A stretch of 3,624 nucleotides of DNA, filler included, from an uncultured virus (IMG/VR IMGVR_UViG_2061766007_000545) (lineage: Duplodnaviria > Heunggongvirae > Uroviricota > Caudoviricetes). It is 3 parts of one record of this genome, joined end to end, with 100 filler letters (N's around TTAATTAATTAA, not from the genome) between each part and the next. Parts side by side here need not be neighbours in the genome. Positions count along the whole stretch, not along the records: positions 1 to 213 come from IMGVR_UViG_2061766007_000545; positions 314 to 2,651 come from IMGVR_UViG_2061766007_000545; positions 2,752 to 3,624 come from IMGVR_UViG_2061766007_000545. One strand, written 5' to 3'. This document shows positions 1 through 3,624 of this stretch, piece by piece (the stretch's first letter is position 1; each line of letters begins with the position of its first letter). The position numbers were made by a program, and so were the translations under genes. The notes under the pieces are model-generated. The model saw nothing but the letters and a program-made list of their open reading frames with translations, was not told where the DNA came from and ran no database searches.

Positions 1-1
1 A

Positions 2-213
2 TTTTTAGATATTAAAGAAAAAGCCAAGCAAGACTTTTTAGATTTATGTAGAGATGATGATAAGTTTAAAGAGAGAGCAGAAATTGTAATTCGTCAATTG
101 CGCGAAGACAATGAAAGATTGAATGAACTGATTGAGGATATAAAAGAAGAAATAACCGACTCTTATGTTTATTTTCGTCAAGTAAACGGTGAGACGCCAT
201 ATGTAAAAGCATT
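2..213 (+). CDS. Hypothetical protein, internal fragment (FLDIKEKAKQDFLDLCRDDDKFKERAEIVIRQLREDNERLNELIEDIKEEITDSYVYFRQVNGETPYVKA)
   Basis: Frame from position 2 is open to the N block at 214; charged helical or coiled-coil-like sequence; no start or stop visible. Confidence 0.6.
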
Positions 214-313
214 NNNNNNNNNNNNNNNNNNNNNNNNNNNNNNNNNNNNNNNNNNNNTTAATTAATTAANNNNNNNNNNNNNNNNNNNNNNNNNNNNNNN
301 NNNNNNNNNNNNN
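214..313. other. Artificial contig-joining linker (44 N + TTAATTAATTAA + 44 N)
   Basis: Exactly 100 bp; the palindromic core at 258-269 puts stops in all six frames; identical copy at 2652-2751. Confidence 0.95.
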
Positions 314-314
314 C

Positions 315-584
315 TGGTTTTTAAGTGAATACGATCCTTTTGGTTATATTCTAAATAAATTAAAGAACAGATGCCCTCAAGTTGAGCGGAAGATTCAAGA
401 GTTTAAAAAGGCTTTTATTGATTGCTCTTATTTTACCCATAACACAGAACCAATCTATGATCGTGATGATGAAGTTATTATGGCTTCTATTGATTCTTAC
501 TTAATGGCACTTGAGAATAGTGAAATTATTACAGCAGAGGAAAGCTGGGATTTAAAAAAATACATTACAGGAAAGGGAAAATAA
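315..584 (+). CDS. Hypothetical protein, 5'-truncated (WFLSEYDPFGYILNKLKNRCPQ...WDLKKYITGKGK*)
   Basis: 89 open codons from the linker edge to TAA 582-584; next ATG follows at 586, consistent with operon packing. Confidence 0.7.
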   Translation, partial: WFLSEYDPFGYILNKLKNRCPQVERKIQEFKKAFIDCSYFTHNTEPIYDRDDEVIMASIDSYLMALENSEIITAEESWDLKKYITGKGK

Positions 585-585
585 A

Positions 586-903
586 ATGGAAGTAAATCTA
601 ACTCCTAAGTATGTGCGCAAGACTTTTGTAGATGGCGCGAGGAATATGATTAATACTCTCGCAGAAGAGATTAAGAAACTTGAAGAGACTATTGATGAAC
701 TCTTAGAAGAGAATGCCGAACTTAAGGGACAAGTTAAAGAGCTTGCACAGAGAACTAATTTTGAGTTAGAGGCTACTCTTGGTATGTATCGAGTACAGAT
801 GGCAAATCAAGATCGAAGGATTGAGGAACTTGAGAATGCACTTATTAGAGAGCGCGAGCGCAATACTAGAATAGAAAGACAAGAAAATTATGGGAGATGC
901 TAA
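586..903 (+). CDS. Hypothetical coiled-coil protein, 105 aa
   Basis: ATG 586 preceded by GGAAAGGGA (570-578); heptad-like E/K/L-rich sequence (LAEEIKKLEETIDELLEENAELKGQVKELAQ). Confidence 0.8.
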   Translation: MEVNLTPKYVRKTFVDGARNMINTLAEEIKKLEETIDELLEENAELKGQVKELAQRTNFELEATLGMYRVQMANQDRRIEELENALIRERERNTRIERQENYGRC

Positions 904-930
904 GTGTTAGATTATTTTNNNNNNNNNNCA

Positions 931-1065
931 CAGACTGCGCGCCACTGTTTCCGTACTGAACAAAACTATCAGTACATGGAAGAAAATTACGGTGGCGCGC
1001 TAAGTGCATATGAAGAAGAGATTGGAATGCAAATTAAGGATGATAGTTGGAAATTAGAAATTTGA
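931..1065 (+). CDS. Hypothetical protein, C-terminal fragment after the 919-928 gap (QTARHCFRTEQNYQYMEENYGGALSAYEEEIGMQIKDDSWKLEI*)
   Basis: Only + frame open from the gap to TGA 1063-1065. A possible start is ATG 897 (MLSVRLF) overlapping the previous stop, but the gap hides the junction. Confidence 0.55.
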   Translation, partial: QTARHCFRTEQNYQYMEENYGGALSAYEEEIGMQIKDDSWKLEI

Positions 1066-1090
1066 AAATTTCTTAAAAATGTATTATAAT
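1062..1090 (+). promoter_or_regulatory. Sigma-70/sigma-A type promoter upstream of the RNA ligase
   Basis: TTGAAA (1062-1067), 17-nt spacer, TATAAT (1085-1090); RBS GAAGGGG at 1108-1114. Confidence 0.8.
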
Positions 1091-1122
1091 ATATATAGAA
1101 AATGAAAGAAGGGGAAAAGAAG

Positions 1123-2086
1123 ATGCTTAATAAAGATGGAATTAGAGAGCTTGCTTATTTGGTTAGAGTAGATGAGGTAGTTCCAATGGATGCCGACCGT
1201 CTTGAGTGTGCGCGCATCGGAGGTTGGAATTGCGTTGTTGGTAAGGGTGAGTTTAAGGCGGGAGATGTTGGAGTTTACTTTGAGATTGACTCAAAGCTTC
1301 CTGAGGTTGCACCTTTTAATGAGATGGAGTTTTTGAAGTCTAAGCACTATAGAATTAAGACTCAGAAGATTCGTGGCGTATATTCTCAGGGATTGCTTAT
1401 GCCTGTTTCTGCTTTTGGGTGGAAGATTTCTTCTCTTGTTTCTCTTAATGGTGATTGGAGTCCTATCCCCACTGGTAATGTTGAGATTGATAATGAGTGG
1501 CATAAGGCTGATGACGAGTCTCGTTTCTTGACTGCGCGCCTTGGGGTAACTTATGCGGTTGCCGAGGATAATGTGCGTAAGTCGGGAAAGCTGGGTAAGA
1601 GCGGAAAGTTTTTGAGTGCTATGGCGCATCATCCTCGTTTTGCGAAGTCGAANNNNNNNNNNTATCAAGTATGATATTGAGAATAAAATGCGCGACTATC
1701 TTGAGAAGAATAAGGATATAGATTTTGTGTGCTGGCAGGGTGAGATTTGCGCGCCCGGTATTCAGGCTAACCCTCATTCTTTGAAGGACTTGCACTTCTA
1801 TTGCTTCCATATGACCGATAGTAAGACTGGTCGATTTGATATTCGTGATGCAGCAAAGATTTGGCGCGAGTATGGAATGGAGATAGTACCGATTGATGAG
1901 GAGTTGTATGTATTGCCGGACGACTTCGAGGAGTTTAAGGCAACTGCAGATGGGTACTATGATGCTTCTGTATGCGAGGGGAATCCGAAGTGCGCGCGAG
2001 AGGGATATGTATACTATAAGTCTACCGATCCTACCTTTAGTTTTAAGAATGTATCTAGAAAGTATCTTGCAAAACACGACAATTAA
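1123..2086 (+). CDS. ATP-dependent RNA ligase, Rnl2-like / DRB0094 family; middle lost in the 1653-1662 gap
   Basis: N-terminal domain matches the family pattern: RELAYLVRVDEVVPMDADRLECARIGGWNCVVGKGEFKAGDVGVYFEIDSKLP...RIKTQKIRGVYSQGLLMP. After the gap are nucleotidyltransferase motifs III (QGEICAPGIQAN), IIIa (FYCF), IV (REGYV) and V (SFKNVS), then TAA 2084-2086. Motif I (KxDG) is not visible and presumably lies in the gap. ATG 1123 is preferred over 1102 because of RBS spacing. Confidence 0.85.
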
Positions 2087-2111
2087 AATAAGAAATAATT
2101 GAAGATGAAGG

Positions 2112-2144
2112 AAGTCAAAAATAAATTTTATTTTTGACTTTTTT
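2112..2144 (+). terminator. AT-rich inverted repeat followed by a T tract; possible terminator of the ligase gene and/or an operator
   Basis: AAGTCAAAAATAAA (2112-2125), T, TTTATTTTTGACTT (2127-2140) are perfect 14-bp arms, followed by TTTT; starts 26 nt after the ligase stop. The stem is AU-rich, so terminator strength is uncertain. Confidence 0.45.
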
Positions 2145-2162
2145 CAGATTTTATGGTATAAT
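2134..2162 (+). promoter_or_regulatory. Near-consensus sigma-70/sigma-A promoter with extended -10
   Basis: TTGACT (2134-2139), 17-nt spacer, TG at 2154-2155, TATAAT (2157-2162); RBS AAGGGG 2182-2187. Confidence 0.85.
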
Positions 2163-2197
2163 ATATATAGAAAATAAGAAAAAGGGGAAAATTTTTT

Positions 2198-2503
2198 ATG
2201 TTTGATTTTGTTAAACAGTTAAATGTAATTGATATTCATGACTTGAGTGAAGTAGAGGGATTAGAAAACATTTTAGATGACCTAAGTAATTGGCGGGGTG
2301 AAGGTCTCGGTCAGGATACTTATATTACAATAGACAAAGATTATGTTGAAGAAATCTTTTATGAATTTATTTGTACTGATGATGACAATGTTGAAGAATT
2401 AACAGAAGACACTATAAAAGAATATCCTTGTTTATTTAAGCTTCTCGAACTAATGAATAGTGGAGATTTGCCTCAAGAATTTATTATTCTTATTTGGTGG
2501 TAA
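2198..2503 (+). CDS. Hypothetical acidic protein, 101 aa
   Basis: Complete ORF with its own promoter and RBS; D/E-rich; ends in IILIWW. Confidence 0.85.
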   Translation: MFDFVKQLNVIDIHDLSEVEGLENILDDLSNWRGEGLGQDTYITIDKDYVEEIFYEFICTDDDNVEELTEDTIKEYPCLFKLLELMNSGDLPQEFIILIWW

Positions 2504-2516
2504 AAGGAGAGAAATT

Positions 2517-2651
2517 ATGCCTAAGTATAGAATTTATTATAATGAAATTATTGAATATGTAGAGGATATAGAAGCAGATAGTGAAGAGGAAGCTGTTTCG
2601 ATTCTTGAAGAACAAACTGGGGAAGGCGCCCGTGGTGCAGTGTGTGATGGT
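2517..2651 (+). CDS. Small phage hypothetical protein with an EAxSEEEA motif, 3'-truncated (MPKYRIYYNEIIEYVEDIEADSEEEAVSILEEQ...)
   Basis: RBS AAGGAG 2504-2509 and ATG 2517. The pattern resembles DpnD/PcfM-like small proteins (tentative). Runs into the linker. Confidence 0.7.
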
Positions 2652-2751
2652 NNNNNNNNNNNNNNNNNNNNNNNNNNNNNNNNNNNNNNNNNNNNTTAAT
2701 TAATTAANNNNNNNNNNNNNNNNNNNNNNNNNNNNNNNNNNNNNNNNNNNN
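2652..2751. other. Artificial contig-joining linker (44 N + TTAATTAATTAA + 44 N)
   Basis: Same 100-bp structure as 214-313; core at 2696-2707. Confidence 0.95.
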
Positions 2752-2752
2752 T

Positions 2753-2836
2753 CCACTTAAGATTAGTGTTATAGAGGCTGCGAGAGAAAGCGCAAGAGTC
2801 GTAAAGAATAACCTCGAAAAGGAGGAAGAAGAATGA
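2753..2836 (+). CDS. Hypothetical protein, C-terminal fragment (PLKISVIEAARESARVVKNNLEKEEEE*)
   Basis: Open from the linker to TGA 2834-2836, which overlaps the next ATG (ATGA). Confidence 0.55.
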   Translation, partial: PLKISVIEAARESARVVKNNLEKEEEE

Positions 2837-3003
2837 CAGCAGAAGAAACTCGTTATAAAGAGAATAAGGATTACCGCGAGGGATGGGACGCTGGCTTTCA
2901 AAAAGCTTCGCAAGGTAATATCAATATGTGGGGCAAGGCTCGTCAAGCTGGTTATGATGANNNNNNNNNNCATATTGATATTGAAAGTGTAAGACAAGTT
3001 TAA
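2833..3003 (+). CDS. Hypothetical protein interrupted by the 2961-2970 gap (MTAEETRYKENKDYREGWDAGFQKASQGNINMWGKARQAGYD...HIDIESVRQV*)
   Basis: RBS AAGGAGG 2819-2825, ATG 2833, frame open on both sides of the gap, TAA 3001-3003. True gap length is unknown, so the two halves may belong to different genes. Confidence 0.65.
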   Translation: MTAEETRYKENKDYREGWDAGFQKASQGNINMWGKARQAGYDXXXXHIDIESVRQV

Positions 3004-3005
3004 TC

Positions 3006-3084
3006 GGGGCTACGATGGGCGTTCGACAGCACTTAAACCCAAAGCGGACTGTGCTGGACGCGGGTTCGAATCCCGCTAGCTCCA
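3006..3084 (+). ncRNA. tmRNA-like RNA reduced to the tRNA-like domain (no mRNA-like domain)
   Basis: Acceptor stem GGGGCTA (3006-3012) / TAGCTCC (3077-3083) with G3:U70 and discriminator A3084. Stemless D-loop CGATGGGCGTTCGA. Helix 2a CAGCAC (3027-3032) / GTGCTG (3051-3056) closing an 18-nt loop. GAC linker, then T arm GCGGG-TTCGAAT-CCCGC (3060-3076). CCA is not encoded. Confidence 0.8.
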
Positions 3085-3110
3085 TATCGACAATAGAAGG
3101 AGAACGAATA

Positions 3111-3349
3111 ATGGATCCATTCACCTACTCAATAGGCTATCAAAATGGCTTCGAAGATGCAAAAAAGCAGTATGAAGTTAAATGGTACCCATATCCAGAC
3201 GAATTACCCGAGCAATGGCGCGGTGTATTGGTGTGGTGCGCAGAATTAAAGAATGTATACTGTGCTTATTATGAGCATGGGCGTTGGTATATTTTTGGTG
3301 CAGATAACCGATTACTTACAGAAGAAGTAAGCTATTGGGCGAGTGCGCC
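3111..3349 (+). CDS. DUF551-like phage protein, 3' end in gap
   Basis: RBS GAAGGAG 3096-3102 and ATG 3111. KWYPYPDELPE...VLVW...AYY...W...EVSYWASA follows the W..xxLPE...VLV...VTHWMPLP pattern of DUF551 proteins. Confidence 0.7.
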
Positions 3350-3408
3350 NNNNNNNNNNNNNNNNNNNNNNNNNNNNNNNNNNNNNNNNNNNNNNNNNNN
3401 NNNNNNNG

Positions 3409-3594
3409 GGTAAACGAGTAGGCTATACACAAGGTTATAGTGAAGCACTTAAGAACAGTCAGTATAAGCCAACTACTGTTTCTACATTACCTGTATCTGA
3501 GTTGCGTGCCCGCATTAAACAGCTTGATGATATAGTAAGAAAGCAATATAAAAAGATTCGAAGATTGGAGAAGAAAAAAGAATGGATAAAGTAA
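3409..3594 (+). CDS. Hypothetical protein, 5'-truncated, with a basic coiled-coil C-terminus
   Basis: Open from the 3350-3407 gap to TAA 3592-3594 (GKRVGYTQGYSEALKN...IRRLEKKKEWIK*). Confidence 0.65.
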   Translation, partial: GKRVGYTQGYSEALKNSQYKPTTVSTLPVSELRARIKQLDDIVRKQYKKIRRLEKKKEWIK

Positions 3595-3624
3595 CATTTA
3601 AATATGAAAGAAAAGGCGATAAAG
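3582..3624 (+). CDS. Probable start of the next gene (MDKVTFKYERKGDK...)
   Basis: ATG 3582 overlaps the end of the previous ORF; GGAG at 3567-3570; open to the window end. Confidence 0.4.
   Translation, partial: MDKVTFKYERKGDK

Noticed and set aside
890..918. Possible TAG readthrough or stop-codon recoding (ATG GGA GAT GCT AAG TGT TAG ATT...)
   Set aside because: An alternative open start exists at ATG 897, and none of the well-supported genes contains an in-frame TAG.
1653..1674. Frameshift or split gene in the RNA ligase (ORFs 1102-1674 and 1616-2086)
   Set aside because: The frame change coincides with a 10-N placeholder gap, and the expected motif I region is missing, so this is lost sequence rather than a pseudogene or programmed frameshift.
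2090..2118. Divergent antisense promoter from the left arm of the palindrome (TTGACT on the minus strand)
   Set aside because: The position 17 nt downstream reads TTTCTT, not a credible -10 box.
258..2707. Repeated palindrome TTAATTAATTAA (258-269 and 2696-2707) as a biological repeat
   Set aside because: Each copy is flanked by exactly 44 Ns on both sides, giving a 100-bp six-frame-stop linker added during assembly.
3006..3084. Ordinary tRNA-Ala gene
   Set aside because: There is no D stem or 5-bp/7-nt anticodon arm; UUCGAC, helix 2a and the GAC connector match tmRNA architecture instead.
3006..3084. Circularly permuted two-piece tmRNA, or an attP/attL fragment of ssrA
   Set aside because: The ends are in standard order joined by a short loop, whereas permuted genes place the T arm/CCA end upstream of the GGGG end. 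att duplications usually carry only one end of the gene, and no integrase is in the window.
3015..3110. N-terminal extension of ORF 3015-3413
   Set aside because: It reads through the structured RNA; the start with a good RBS is ATG 3111.
1291..3124. Minus-strand ORFs 1291-1668, 1619-2077, 2704-2997, 2921-3124 and alternate-frame ORF 1893-2102
   Set aside because: They are shadows of better-supported + strand genes or the RNA element, with no recognisable motifs; several depend on N gaps.

Overview
AT-rich, gene-dense window with all supported genes on the + strand. It looks like a large phage, probably of a Bacillota-type host (sigma-A/70-like promoters, strong AAGGAG/AGGGG RBSs); this assignment is inference. 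It is a gapped assembly: two artificial 100-bp linkers (N44-TTAATTAATTAA-N44 at 214-313 and 2652-2751) split it into three pieces whose adjacency is unproven, and four other N gaps interrupt genes. It holds a gap-split Rnl2/DRB0094-type RNA ligase (1123-2086), a DUF551-like gene, several small hypothetical ORFs and two promoters sharing a 19-bp cassette. The standout is a 79-nt RNA gene (3006-3084) with a complete tmRNA tRNA-like domain (Ala acceptor stem with G3:U70, UUCGAC, helix 2a, GAC, T arm), but only an 18-nt loop where the mRNA-like domain and pseudoknots should be. GCGC/GCGCGC words are also clearly over-represented.
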